Of a stretch of 64,000 nt of DNA, positions 28,893 through 38,919 are shown one piece after another. Every line of letters starts with the position of its first letter. The stretch's first letter is position 1. Below the pieces are notes generated by a model. That model was given only the letters and a program-made list of their open reading frames with translations, had not been told where the DNA came from and searched no databases. Source of the stretch: Pseudolabrys sp. (GTDB lineage Bacteria; Pseudomonadota; Alphaproteobacteria; Rhizobiales; Xanthobacteraceae); assembly GCA_035623095.1 (NCBI GenBank), contig DASPUD010000110.1, positions 18,353-82,352 of the forward strand, given 5' to 3'. The translations under genes and the position numbers were made by a program.

Positions 28893-29897
28893 ATGATCCG
28901 TCGCGCGGTCTTGTCGCTCATTTTGTTTGCAAGTCTTACCGTCTCCGCCGCCGCGCAAGAACGCGTTGTCGTTGGCACGCAGCGTCTCACCGAGAATGGC
29001 GCGTTGTTTCTCGCCGCGGCACAAGGCTACTTCAAAGCCGAAGGTATTGATCTCGCGATGACGGCCTATGATTCCGATCAAACGGTGGCAGAAACGCTTG
29101 CCGCTGGCGCTACCGATTTTGGTCTCGCGGGCTTTACCCCGGCTGCATTTAATTTAGCGGGCAAAGGATCGATCAAGGCGATCGCGGCGCAGACGCGCGA
29201 GAAACGTTCTTACGAAGGCACCGAGCTGGTCGCGTCCAATCTCGGCTTCGCCAAAGGCTTGCGCAAATTTGATGATGTTGCCAACAAAACGATTGCCATC
29301 GATGCGTTGGGCTCTGTTTCCCACTATCAGCTCGAGCAGATTGCCCGCGCCAAGCGCATTGAAGTCAGTCATATCAACATAAAGCCGATGCAGACACTCG
29401 ATGCGATTGCGCGCGCCGTCGGCACCAACCAAGTCGATGCCGCGATCGTTCCGGCGCCTTATGCGCGTGAGCTAATGGGAGCAAACCAGGCCAAGCTGGT
29501 CGGATGGTATTCCGAAGTGGATGAACAGCAGTTGGGCGCCTTGTTCGTCTCGAACAAGATGATTCAAAACCGCCGCGCGGTGGTCGAAAAATTCGTGAAT
29601 GCATATCGGCGAGGCGTCACGGACTACTCCGCCGCGCTGCTGCGCATCGATCGCCATTACAAGCGAACCTCCGACGACAAATCACACGAAGCGGCAATGA
29701 CGATTGCGCGGTATATCTATCCGGACCGCCGCGAAAACGCCGCCGCCACGGTGGAGATCGCCGCCTACTTCATAGACCCCCAGGCGCGCCTTGATTTGCC
29801 TGATATCGAGCGTCAGGTCGCGTGGTACAAGGCACGGGGCCTGATCGACAAAAGCGTCGACGCGCGAAACGTGCTCGACCTGAGTTTCGTCAAGTAG
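28893..29897 (+). CDS. ABC transporter substrate-binding protein (NMT1/SsuA/TauA-like), no adjacent permease
   Basis: Signal peptide; LFLAAAQGYFKAEGID; QVDAA...PY. Confidence 0.85.
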   Translation: MIRRAVLSLILFASLTVSAAAQERVVVGTQRLTENGALFLAAAQGYFKAEGIDLAMTAYDSDQTVAETLAAGATDFGLAGFTPAAFNLAGKGSIKAIAAQTREKRSYEGTELVASNLGFAKGLRKFDDVANKTIAIDALGSVSHYQLEQIARAKRIEVSHINIKPMQTLDAIARAVGTNQVDAAIVPAPYARELMGANQAKLVGWYSEVDEQQLGALFVSNKMIQNRRAVVEKFVNAYRRGVTDYSAALLRIDRHYKRTSDDKSHEAAMTIARYIYPDRRENAAATVEIAAYFIDPQARLDLPDIERQVAWYKARGLIDKSVDARNVLDLSFVK

Positions 29898-30014
29898 CTT
29901 CTTTTTCTCACATCGCGAATTTCTGCCCTTGCCAGTCCCCTCGGGGCCTGAGACGATATTGTGACAGGGCCGGGAAACGAGGTCCGACCTCCCGGCCGGC
30001 AAGGGAGGCACGAT

Positions 30015-32063
30015 ATGGGACAAAATGGCACGGGTCCCAGGGGTCCCCGGTGTATCGCGCTGGTGGGCCCGTTCCAAAGCGGCAAAACAACCCTGTTAGA
30101 AGCAATCCTCGCCCGCACCGGCGCCGTTCAGCGGCAGGGCACAGTAGATGCGGGAACTACGGTCGGCGACGCCAGCAAGGAAGCGCGCCATCACAAAATG
30201 AGCGTGGAAGCGACTTTCGCCACCACCAGTTTCATGGGCGATAGCTACACCTTTATCGACTGCCCCGGCTCAATCGAATTCATTCAGGACATGCGCAGCG
30301 TGCTGCCGGCAATTGATGCCGCGGTGATTGTTTGCGAGGCGGATGAAAAGAAAGTGCCGCAGCTACAGTTGATCCTGCGTGAGTTGGAAGATCAGAACAT
30401 TCCGCGCTTCATTTTCCTCAACAAGATCGACAAGGCTGACAAGCGCGTCCGTGAGACCATCAAGTTGTTGCAGCCGGCGTCGCGTGTGCCGTTGCTGCTG
30501 CGACAAATTCCGATCTGGAACGGCGACATCATTTCGGGCTTCGTCGATCTCGCGCTCGAGCGCGCCTATGTCTATAAGGAGCACGCGCCCTCCGAGATCA
30601 TCGAACTCAAAGGCGAAGCCCTTGATCGCAAGAAGGAAGCGCGCTTCACGATGCTGGAGACGCTGGCTGACCATGACGATCAGCTGATGGAGCAATTGCT
30701 CGAGGACATCGAGCCGCCGCGCGACAAGGTATTCGACGACCTCGCCAAGGAATTGCGCGAGCGGATCGTTTGTCCGGTGCTGCTCGGTGCTGCCACCCGC
30801 AGCAATGGTGTGCTGCGTTTGATGAAAGCATTGCGGCATGAGTCGCCGGGCGTCAACGAAACGGCGCAGCGCCTCGGAGTCAAGGCGGGCAACGAAGCAT
30901 TGGCGCTGGTGCTCAAGACTTTCCACACCACGCATGGCGGAAAAATGTCGGTTGTCCGTCTGCTTGTCGGTCAGGCCGGCGATGGCACTACGCTAAGCAC
31001 GCCCGCGGGCGATTCCGGGCGCGTCTCCGGTGTATTCAAGCTGATGGGTCAGCATTTCGAGAAACGCGGCCAGGCAACGACCGGCGAGACGGTAGCATTC
31101 GGCAAGCTCGAAAATGCCAAAACCGGAGATACGCTTTCCTCAGGCAAGCAGCCGCACGCCGCATTGGCGCAACTCAAGCCCTATGCGCCTGTGCTTGCTA
31201 CGTCCGTGCAAGCCAAGGAGCGCAAGGACGATGTCAAGTTGGGACCGGCGTTCGCCAAGTTGACCGAAGAAGACCCCTCGCTCGCGGTTGTGCACAATGC
31301 GGAGAGCCACGAAGTAGTAATCTGGGGGCAAGGCGAAATGCATTTGCGGGTCGCGGCCGAACGACTCGCCGAGCGTTTCGTGGTTCCGGTGTCCACGCGC
31401 CCGCCGTCGGTCGGCTATCGCGAAACTATCCGCAAGCCGATTACTCAGCGTGGCAGACACAAAAAACAATCGGGTGGGCACGGGCAATTCGGCGACGTTG
31501 TGCTCGAAATCAAGCCACTCCCGCGCGGCACCGGTTTCAAATTCGAAGACCGCATTACCGGCGGTGTTGTGCCGCGCAATTACATTCCGGCGGTTGAGGA
31601 GGGCGTCATCGACGCGCTCAAGCACGGCCCGCTTGGTTTTCCGGTGGTCGACATGTCGGTGGCGCTGATCGACGGCTCCTACCACACGGTCGACTCATCG
31701 GACCAGGCGTTCCGCACCGCCGGCCGCATAGGTATCACCGAAGGCTTGCCGCAATGTCAGCCTGTCTTGCTGGAGCCGATCCACGAGGTTGAAATCGTTT
31801 GTCCCAGCGAGGCGACCGCCAAAATGAACGCGATCCTTTCAGGCCGACGCGGCCAGATTCTCGGTTTCGATACGCGGGAAGGCTGGCAGGGCTGGGACAC
31901 GGTCCGTGCGCAGATGCCGGAAGCGGAAATCGGCGATCTGATAATCGAGGTGCGCTCCGCTACCGCCGGAGTCGGCTCATTTATCTTCAAATTCGACCAT
32001 ATGGCCGAACTGACGGGCCGCACAGCGGATCAGATCATCGCCGCCAGACGGGCCGCGGAATAA
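30015..32063 (+). CDS. Elongation factor G paralogue (EF-G II type)
   Basis: GPFQSGKTT, DCPG, NKID, GQGEMHL, YRETI, HKKQSGGHGQFG, DGSYH.VDSSD, LLEPI; RBS GGGAGG. Confidence 0.93.
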   Translation: MGQNGTGPRGPRCIALVGPFQSGKTTLLEAILARTGAVQRQGTVDAGTTVGDASKEARHHKMSVEATFATTSFMGDSYTFIDCPGSIEFIQDMRSVLPAIDAAVIVCEADEKKVPQLQLILRELEDQNIPRFIFLNKIDKADKRVRETIKLLQPASRVPLLLRQIPIWNGDIISGFVDLALERAYVYKEHAPSEIIELKGEALDRKKEARFTMLETLADHDDQLMEQLLEDIEPPRDKVFDDLAKELRERIVCPVLLGAATRSNGVLRLMKALRHESPGVNETAQRLGVKAGNEALALVLKTFHTTHGGKMSVVRLLVGQAGDGTTLSTPAGDSGRVSGVFKLMGQHFEKRGQATTGETVAFGKLENAKTGDTLSSGKQPHAALAQLKPYAPVLATSVQAKERKDDVKLGPAFAKLTEEDPSLAVVHNAESHEVVIWGQGEMHLRVAAERLAERFVVPVSTRPPSVGYRETIRKPITQRGRHKKQSGGHGQFGDVVLEIKPLPRGTGFKFEDRITGGVVPRNYIPAVEEGVIDALKHGPLGFPVVDMSVALIDGSYHTVDSSDQAFRTAGRIGITEGLPQCQPVLLEPIHEVEIVCPSEATAKMNAILSGRRGQILGFDTREGWQGWDTVRAQMPEAEIGDLIIEVRSATAGVGSFIFKFDHMAELTGRTADQIIAARRAAE

Positions 32064-32076
32064 ATATTCCGAAAAA

Positions 32077-32121
32077 ATCGCTGTTGCCTCCGCAAATGCG
32101 GAGACAACAGCGATAATTTTT
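32077..32121 (+). terminator. Rho-independent terminator
   Basis: ATCGCTGTTG-c-CTCCGC-aaat-GCGGAG-a-CAACAGCGAT then AATTTTT; A-tract on the 5' side. Confidence 0.75.
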
Positions 32122-32209
32122 GGCATTTCGGCAAGCAGATACAAAGCAGATTCACCGGCAGTTGCGCGTTGTTAACCGACCAGCCGCCGGAAGCTCTCAA
32201 AATTCGGGC

Positions 32210-33103
32210 ATGACGCGCCGTGCGAGTGCGCCGCATTCGTCGGGAGTGACCATGCTCGAAGGGCTTCGACATTTGTTCTCGTCGGAGTCGGCATCTTATG
32301 CCGACCCAAAGGCGCCGATTCCCCTCGGCGAAATTCTCAGCAACAATTGGTTCGAGCTTTGGTATCAGCCGAAGATCGAGCTCAAGACACTGCATTTGGT
32401 TGGCGCCGAGGCGTTGATGCGCGCGCACCACCCGAAGCGTGGCATTGTCCCGCCTGCACTGATTCTGCCGGATGCCAGCGAAAAAGATATGATCGCTCTG
32501 ACCGAGCGGGTAATCCTCACCGCTCTCACCGATTGGGCGGATTTTGCCCGGTGCGGCGTTCCACTGAAGCTCTCAGTAAACGTGCCGGTCTCGGCTCTGA
32601 GCGAGCTTCCAATCCCGCAGATGTTGCGTGAGGCGCACCCTGCCGCGGCCAACTGGCCGGGCATGATCCTGGAAGTGACCGAAAATCAGATCGTCAATGA
32701 CCTTGATCTCGCGAAAGATGTTGCGGACGCGTTGCATCCACTCAAGTGCGAGCTTGCCATTGATGATTTCGGCGCGGCCTATTCCTCGCTCGCGTGCCTT
32801 GAACGGTTGCCTTTCAGCGAGCTGAAGATCGACCGCAGCTACGTCGCCAACTGCAACGAAGATCATTCCAATGCCGACTTGTGCGAGATGATTGTCCAGT
32901 TCGGTCGCCGATTTGGCCTGCGCACTGTTGCCGAAGGCATTGAGACGACGCATGAAAGCCACAAGCTGCAATCCATCGGCTGTCAGGTCGGTCAGGGCTT
33001 TCTATTCGCCAAACCGATGCCCAAGGCCGACCTTACCGGCCGCCTGCGCGCGCGCATGCAAGGTGCGGGCAAGCCTCAGTCATATATGGACGGATTCCAT
33101 TAA
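32210..33103 (+). CDS. Stand-alone EAL-domain c-di-GMP phosphodiesterase
   Basis: YQPK, EALMR, SVN, LEVTE, IDDFG..YSSL, LKIDRS, AEGIE, QGF. Start uncertain (32210 or 32252). Confidence 0.88.
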   Translation: MTRRASAPHSSGVTMLEGLRHLFSSESASYADPKAPIPLGEILSNNWFELWYQPKIELKTLHLVGAEALMRAHHPKRGIVPPALILPDASEKDMIALTERVILTALTDWADFARCGVPLKLSVNVPVSALSELPIPQMLREAHPAAANWPGMILEVTENQIVNDLDLAKDVADALHPLKCELAIDDFGAAYSSLACLERLPFSELKIDRSYVANCNEDHSNADLCEMIVQFGRRFGLRTVAEGIETTHESHKLQSIGCQVGQGFLFAKPMPKADLTGRLRARMQGAGKPQSYMDGFH

Positions 33104-33193
33104 AGTCCGGAAGGGGTTCTCTTTCGCGGACCCGTGACTTGCCAGTGATCGCTGTGCCACGTAGGTCTGTGCGGCGATTCTGGAAGCCTTGCC

Positions 33194-34165
33194 ATGAACG
33201 TCATTCGCCGCCGCGGTTGGGAAATTGCCGACCGCCTCGTCACCCCGGAGCATCTGGTTTCCAGCCGGCGCGGATTCCTAGCTGGCGGTGCAAGCGCACT
33301 CGCTCTGATGCCGTACGGCGCCAAGGCGCAACGGCTGTCTGATGTCGCCGCATTGCCGGATCCAAGTGCCGATCTCTATCCCGCAAAACGCAACGAGAAA
33401 TATGCGCTCGATCGGTCGATCACCGATGAGAAGATCAACGGCAACTACAATAATTTCTATGAATTCGGCACGGCGAAAACCATCGCGGCGGCTTCTCAAG
33501 GGCTGGTCATCCGGCCGTGGACCGTGAAGATCGATGGTCTGGTTGAGAAGCCGATGGAAGTCGGCATCGACGATCTGATCCGCAAGCTCACGCTGGAAGA
33601 ACGTACATATCGCCACCGCTGCGTAGAGGCGTGGGGCATGGCAATCGCCTGGAGCGGGTTTCCGTTTACAAAGTTGGTCGACTTTGCCCGCCCCTTAGGG
33701 TCGGCAAAATATGTGCGGATGGAAACTTTTATGGATCCCAAAATGGCGCCCGGCCAGCGGCAGCCATGGTTTCCGTGGCCCTATGTCGAAGGCCTCACCA
33801 TGGCGGAGGCGACCAACGAGCTCGCCTTCCTCGTCACCGGCGCTTACGGTCATCCGCTCGCGCGCCAGCATGGCGCGCCGCTGCGGCTAGCGGTCCCGTG
33901 GAAGTATGGCTTTAAGTCGATCAAATCGATCGTGAAGTTCAGTTTCACCGAACAACGTCCGAAAGGCATGTGGGAAGCCTTGCAGTCGTCTGAGTATGGC
34001 TTCTGGGCGAACGTCAATCCGCAGGTACCGCATCCCCGCTGGAGCCAGGCAACCGAGGAAGTCATAGGTACCGGCGAACGGAGACCTACGCTGCTGTTCA
34101 ATGGTTACGGCGAATACGTTGCCGGCCTGTACAAGGGTATGGACAACGAGCGCCTTTGGGCTTGA
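33194..34165 (+). CDS. msrP: Protein-methionine-sulfoxide reductase catalytic molybdoenzyme
   Basis: Tat motif SRRGFL; YNNFYEFG, YRHRCVEAW, GAPLRLAVPWKYGFKSIKSI, NVNPQVPHPRWSQA. Confidence 0.95.
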   Translation: MNVIRRRGWEIADRLVTPEHLVSSRRGFLAGGASALALMPYGAKAQRLSDVAALPDPSADLYPAKRNEKYALDRSITDEKINGNYNNFYEFGTAKTIAAASQGLVIRPWTVKIDGLVEKPMEVGIDDLIRKLTLEERTYRHRCVEAWGMAIAWSGFPFTKLVDFARPLGSAKYVRMETFMDPKMAPGQRQPWFPWPYVEGLTMAEATNELAFLVTGAYGHPLARQHGAPLRLAVPWKYGFKSIKSIVKFSFTEQRPKGMWEALQSSEYGFWANVNPQVPHPRWSQATEEVIGTGERRPTLLFNGYGEYVAGLYKGMDNERLWA

Positions 34166-34240
34166 GCCGGCTGGCGTCTATGCGCTGACCGGACGCAGGA
34201 GTAATGTTCCTTCCTCGCAAAGGAAACTGCGGAGGCGTCC

Positions 34241-34816
34241 ATGTCCACCCAATCCGACATCCAAGGAATTCAGCGCGCGGCGGCCAGCGTATTGCGTGAG
34301 CACTGGGTGCTCTTTCTGATCGAAGGCATTGTGCTCTTGATTCTCGGAGGCATCGCCGTCGTTATTCCGCCTGTCGCCACGCTGGCGGTGACGATCTTCT
34401 TCGGCTGGCTGATTTTGATCAGCGGTATCGTCGGTCTGGTAACGACATTCTGGATGCGTCATGCCCCCGGGTTCTGGTGGTCGCTGCTGTCGGCAATCCT
34501 CGGCATCGTTGTTGGCGTGATGCTGATCGCGTCTCCGGTCATTGGCGCGCTGTCGTTGACGTTTGTGCTAATCGCATTCTTTCTGATCGAAGGCGCGGTC
34601 TCGATCATGTTTGCTCTCGAACACAAACGCGAATTGTCCGGTCAGTGGGGCTGGATGCTGGTGAGCGGACTGATCGACCTGGTGCTGGCTGCGATGATAT
34701 TGGCCGGTCTTCCCAGCACGGCGGCATGGGCGCTCGGTCTGTTGGTCGGAATCAACATGATCTTCGGCGGTGCGGCCATGATTGTGATGGCGCTACACGC
34801 GCGCAAAGCGGCGTAG
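34241..34816 (+). CDS. HdeD (DUF308) family membrane protein
   Basis: W.LFLIEGIVLLILG, six TMs, WALGLLVGIN. Confidence 0.88.
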   Translation: MSTQSDIQGIQRAAASVLREHWVLFLIEGIVLLILGGIAVVIPPVATLAVTIFFGWLILISGIVGLVTTFWMRHAPGFWWSLLSAILGIVVGVMLIASPVIGALSLTFVLIAFFLIEGAVSIMFALEHKRELSGQWGWMLVSGLIDLVLAAMILAGLPSTAAWALGLLVGINMIFGGAAMIVMALHARKAA

Positions 34817-34819
34817 CTC

Positions 34820-36352
34820 TCAGAGCTCCGCTTCGCCCGCTTCGGCTTCGGCGAGCTTGGTGCGCCAATCCGCGCGCTTGAGCATGAACGCATAGGCCGC
34901 GAGCACAAGCAGTCCGATGCTGACGGCCATCAGGCCGGCCGAGATCGGCCGGCTGAAGAAAATCAGATAATTGCCATTCGACATGATCAGCGACTGGCGC
35001 AGGCTCTGCTCGAGAATCGGCGAGATCACCAGGCCAAGTACGAGTGGTGCCGGATCGAAGTCGAATTTACGCAAGGCGTAGCCGACCACGCCCATGATCA
35101 GCATGATCCAGACATCGACGATCGAATTGTTCACCTCATAGACGCCGATGATGCAGAACATGATGATCAGCGGATAAAGATATGCATAAGGAATGCGCAG
35201 CACCGTTACAAACACGCTCACCAGCGGCAAATTGAGCGCAAGCAACATGAGGTTGCCGACATACATCGACGCCACAAATCCCCAGAACACATCCGGATGG
35301 TCGTTAACCAGCGTCGGCCCGACGGAAACGCCGTGAATCATCAGCGCGCCAATCAGGACCGCCGTAATCGGACTGGTCGGAATGCCGAGGGCGAGCAGCG
35401 GCACGAATGCGCCGGTTGAGGCGGCGTTGTTGGCAGTTTCTGGCCCGGCAACGCCGGCAATGGCACCCTTGCCGAATTGCTCGGGATGTTTCGAGACGCG
35501 TTTCTCCAACGCGTAGGACAGGAAGCTCGAGATAATGTGGGCTGATCCCGGGATAATACCGATGATGAATCCAAGCAGCGTGCCGCGCGCAATCGGCATG
35601 CTGGATTCGCTCCATTCCTTTCGGGTCGGCAGCAAATCGCGCAGACGCGGCGTAATGATCTCTTTCACGGCGTCGGCGCTCGGCGTTGAAAGGATTTCGC
35701 CGAGACCGAACAAGCCGACCGCGACCGGCACGATGCCGATTCCATCGCCCAGCTCGGCGAGGTCGAAACTGTAGCGGAAATGACCGGTCATGTTGTCGAT
35801 GCCGATCATGCCGAGCAGCAGGCCGAGGCAGGCCATCAGCAGCGTCCGGATCAGCGAGGACGACGACATATAAGCGAGGAAAATCAGGCCGAGAATGAGC
35901 AGGGCCGTATATTCAGGTGGCCCGAAACGGATGGCGATCGTCGCCAGCGGAGGCGCGACGACAGTGAGCACGAGAACGCCGAATGATCCGCCGATCCACG
36001 AACCGACGGCGGCAATACAAAGGGCTGCGCCGGCGCGCCCTTTCTTCGCCATGGCGTAACCGTCGATGCAGGTCATCACCGAAGACGCTTCTCCGGGAAT
36101 ACGCATCAGGATTGACGTTGTGGAGCCGCCGTACTGCGAACCGTAGTAAATGCCCGCGAGCATGATGATGGCCTGCGTCGCGTTGAGACCGAAGGTTATA
36201 GGCAGCAGGATCGAAATACCGGCGAGCGGACCAATTCCCGGCAGCACGCCGACGAGGGTGCCAACCAGACAGCCGAGGAATGCGTACCAGGCATTGGCCG
36301 GCGCAAGCGCGACAGAAAACCCGAGGTAGAGACTATGAAGAGTTGTTTCCAC
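34820..36352 (-). CDS. tctA: Tripartite tricarboxylate transporter large permease
   Basis: [35 protein letters not shown]; GTG start at 36352. Confidence 0.93.
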   Translation of the reverse strand: METTLHSLYLGFSVALAPANAWYAFLGCLVGTLVGVLPGIGPLAGISILLPITFGLNATQAIIMLAGIYYGSQYGGSTTSILMRIPGEASSVMTCIDGYAMAKKGRAGAALCIAAVGSWIGGSFGVLVLTVVAPPLATIAIRFGPPEYTALLILGLIFLAYMSSSSLIRTLLMACLGLLLGMIGIDNMTGHFRYSFDLAELGDGIGIVPVAVGLFGLGEILSTPSADAVKEIITPRLRDLLPTRKEWSESSMPIARGTLLGFIIGIIPGSAHIISSFLSYALEKRVSKHPEQFGKGAIAGVAGPETANNAASTGAFVPLLALGIPTSPITAVLIGALMIHGVSVGPTLVNDHPDVFWGFVASMYVGNLMLLALNLPLVSVFVTVLRIPYAYLYPLIIMFCIIGVYEVNNSIVDVWIMLIMGVVGYALRKFDFDPAPLVLGLVISPILEQSLRQSLIMSNGNYLIFFSRPISAGLMAVSIGLLVLAAYAFMLKRADWRTKLAEAEAGEAEL

Positions 36353-36359
36353 GACGATC

Positions 36360-36806
36360 CTAGAATCCCAGCGGGCCGGCTTCGAGTGGCGTTTTAAGCA
36401 CATAGACGAACAGTACGTACGTGACCCCGGCCACGCCGACGCTATAGATCGTCGCCGGTAACAACCGGCGCCGCTCGATGACGGCGAGCAGCGCGAAGAT
36501 CATCAGCACATTGGTCGTCAAAAAACCAAGCCGTTCAAAGAGTGCGATCGCTGCCGACGTAATCGCCACCACGAGGACTGCGTGCTTGGCGTCGGCCCAC
36601 GACAATGTTGCAAATGGTTTGCTCTCACGCGCGCGCAACGCCAGGACCAGTCCGAAAAAAATCGTCAGACAGGCGACAATTTTTGGCATGAAACCGGAGC
36701 CGGGCAGGGACAGATTGCCCGTAGGCAGGTCGCCGCTGAGTGCAATCACCAGCAGGCCGAAGCCAATGAAGAAGACGCCTGCAACATGATCGGCGCGTAT
36801 GGTCAT
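36360..36806 (-). CDS. tctB: Tripartite tricarboxylate transporter small subunit
   Basis: 4 TMs, PGSGFMP, LGF, LF...L.TPL. Confidence 0.88.
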   Translation of the reverse strand: MTIRADHVAGVFFIGFGLLVIALSGDLPTGNLSLPGSGFMPKIVACLTIFFGLVLALRARESKPFATLSWADAKHAVLVVAITSAAIALFERLGFLTTNVLMIFALLAVIERRRLLPATIYSVGVAGVTYVLFVYVLKTPLEAGPLGF

Positions 36807-36867
36807 GCGACATCCTTGGCAATTGTTTGGAAGCCCCGCCGAGGCGCGGCTTCCTTGGTCGCCGGCG

Positions 36868-37851
36868 TCATCCCTGTACGCGGCCGATGGCGTTAATCGC
36901 GTCTTCCTGGCGCTTGGCGTCGGCCGCCCAGAATTTCGCGAATTCGGGCTGGTCCATATACGCCAGTTCCTGACCGAGATTTTCTAGCGTATCAAGAAAC
37001 TGCTTGCTGTGTGCGGCCTTGTCGATGCCTTCCCGCAACGTATTGATGATCGATTGCGGCGTGCCCCGTGGAGCGAAGATGCCGACCCAGAAATAGTATT
37101 CCAGATCGTACCCTTGTTCACGGAAAGTCGGGACGTCCGGAAGCGATTTGATGCGTTTGGCGCTCGATACGGCAAGCGCATTGACCTTGCCGGCGCGGAT
37201 ATGCGGCAGCGCGATCGACGTCGGCGACATGAAGAAATTGACGTTCCCGCCCAGCACCGCGGTGACTGACGGGCCGCCGCCGTTTGTGGGCAGATGGCGC
37301 ATCTGAAGGCCGCCGGCCGATTTGGCAAATAGCACCGTCGGAATGTGCGACGCGCCGTAAAGTCCGGACGAGCTGTAGATCAGTTTATCAGGATTGGCTT
37401 TGGCGTCGGCCACAAGGTCTTTCAGTGTGCGATACGGCAGATCCTTGTTGACGATCATGACAATCGGGTCGGCAACGATGCGTGCAATCGGGACGAAGTC
37501 GGCATTGGTGAACTTCGGTTGGCGCCCAAACAGCTTGTCGACCGCGGCGAAACCCGAAATCGATACGATGTGCGTGAGCAACGTATAGCCGTCAGGCTTT
37601 GCGGTCGCGGCAAACTGCGCGCCAACAGCACCGGCGGCGCCAGCCTTGTTTTCCAGCACCACCGGCTGCTTGAAAACAACTTCAAGCGCGGCATCGAGCG
37701 GACGCGTTATGGTGTCGCTCACGCCGCCAGGAGGAAATGGACTGATGACTGTAATGGTGCGCGACGGATAAGCGTCTTGTGCGATTGAGCGTCCGGCCGC
37801 CAGTGTTGCGGCAGACGCCACAGTGCCGGCGACGAAACTTCGGCGATCCAT
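36868..37851 (-). CDS. Bug/TctC family substrate-binding protein 1
   Basis: PFPPGG, ENKAGAAG, KPDGYTLL, PDVPT; N-terminal DRRSF. Confidence 0.93.
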   Translation of the reverse strand: MDRRSFVAGTVASAATLAAGRSIAQDAYPSRTITVISPFPPGGVSDTITRPLDAALEVVFKQPVVLENKAGAAGAVGAQFAATAKPDGYTLLTHIVSISGFAAVDKLFGRQPKFTNADFVPIARIVADPIVMIVNKDLPYRTLKDLVADAKANPDKLIYSSSGLYGASHIPTVLFAKSAGGLQMRHLPTNGGGPSVTAVLGGNVNFFMSPTSIALPHIRAGKVNALAVSSAKRIKSLPDVPTFREQGYDLEYYFWVGIFAPRGTPQSIINTLREGIDKAAHSKQFLDTLENLGQELAYMDQPEFAKFWAADAKRQEDAINAIGRVQG

Positions 37852-37910
37852 CTTGTTCCCCTCGGTTGTTATTTCCGGCTAAATCCGGTTTATGGTTTGA
37901 AAGCGGATTG

Positions 37911-38885
37911 TCATCCCTGCACGCGGCCAATTGCCTTCACAGCTTCGTCGACTCGTTTTCCGTCGACGTCCCAGAATTTCTGAAAGTCCGGCCCGTCCAG
38001 ATACGCAACTTCCTGCCCGAGATTGTTCATCGCGGACGTAAATGCGGGTGTATGGGCGGCTTTGTCGATCGCCGCACGTAATATCGTCGTTACATTGGCC
38101 GGCGTTGCTTTCGGCGCAAAGATCCCGACCCACAGATAGTACTCAACGTCGTACCCGAGCTCTTTCAGCGTTGGCACGTCGGGCAGAACTTGCGAACGCT
38201 TGGCGCCAAATGAGGCCAGCGGTCGCAACTTGCCGGCTTTGATGTGCGTGAGCGACGCCGAGACCGATTGCGCGGTGACCTGCGCATTGTTGCCAAGAAT
38301 CGCGGTGATTGCCGGGCCACCGCCATTGGTCGGTAGATGGCGTAGTTTCAGGCCTCCGACAGCCTTTTCCAGCATCGCAACGGGCAGGTGTGTGGCGCCA
38401 TAAAGGCCGCCCGAGCTGTAAACGATGACATCCGGCTGCTTTTTGGCATCGTCAATGAAATCCTTCAGCGTCTTGTACGGCTGCTGATCATTGACGAGAA
38501 GCACGCAAGGGTCGGCGATCAGCCGAGCCAGCGGGATGAAATCGGCGCGGCTGGTCTTCACCGGCCGGTCAAACAGCTTGTCGACTTCGGCGTAACCGGA
38601 AAGGCCGGTGTTGTGCGAGAGCAGTGTATAGCCGTCCGGTTTGGCATTGGCGGCAACCTGCGCGCCGACCTGGCCGGCGGCGCCGGCTTTTGTCTCGACC
38701 ACCACTGGCTGCTTGAGGATTGGCTCCATTGTTGCAGCTAGCGGACGCGTTACAACATCATTGGCGCCGCCTGGTGGGAATGCATTGATAATCGTGATCG
38801 CGTGCGAGGGAAACGTCTCCTGCGCGAACGCGGGGCCGGCGGCAATAAGCGCACCGGTGCCGACAACAAAACTACGGCGATCCAT
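37911..38885 (-). CDS. Bug/TctC family substrate-binding protein 2
   Basis: Same motifs; start MDRRSFVVG at ATG 38885. Confidence 0.93.
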   Translation of the reverse strand: MDRRSFVVGTGALIAAGPAFAQETFPSHAITIINAFPPGGANDVVTRPLAATMEPILKQPVVVETKAGAAGQVGAQVAANAKPDGYTLLSHNTGLSGYAEVDKLFDRPVKTSRADFIPLARLIADPCVLLVNDQQPYKTLKDFIDDAKKQPDVIVYSSGGLYGATHLPVAMLEKAVGGLKLRHLPTNGGGPAITAILGNNAQVTAQSVSASLTHIKAGKLRPLASFGAKRSQVLPDVPTLKELGYDVEYYLWVGIFAPKATPANVTTILRAAIDKAAHTPAFTSAMNNLGQEVAYLDGPDFQKFWDVDGKRVDEAVKAIGRVQG

Positions 38886-38919
38886 CGTACCCTCCGGACT
38901 TGAACGCACTCCAGTCGCG

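Noticed and set aside
30015-32063. Canonical fusA or a TetM-like resistance protein
   Set aside because: GTPase motifs deviate from both and there is no rpsL/rpsG/tuf context
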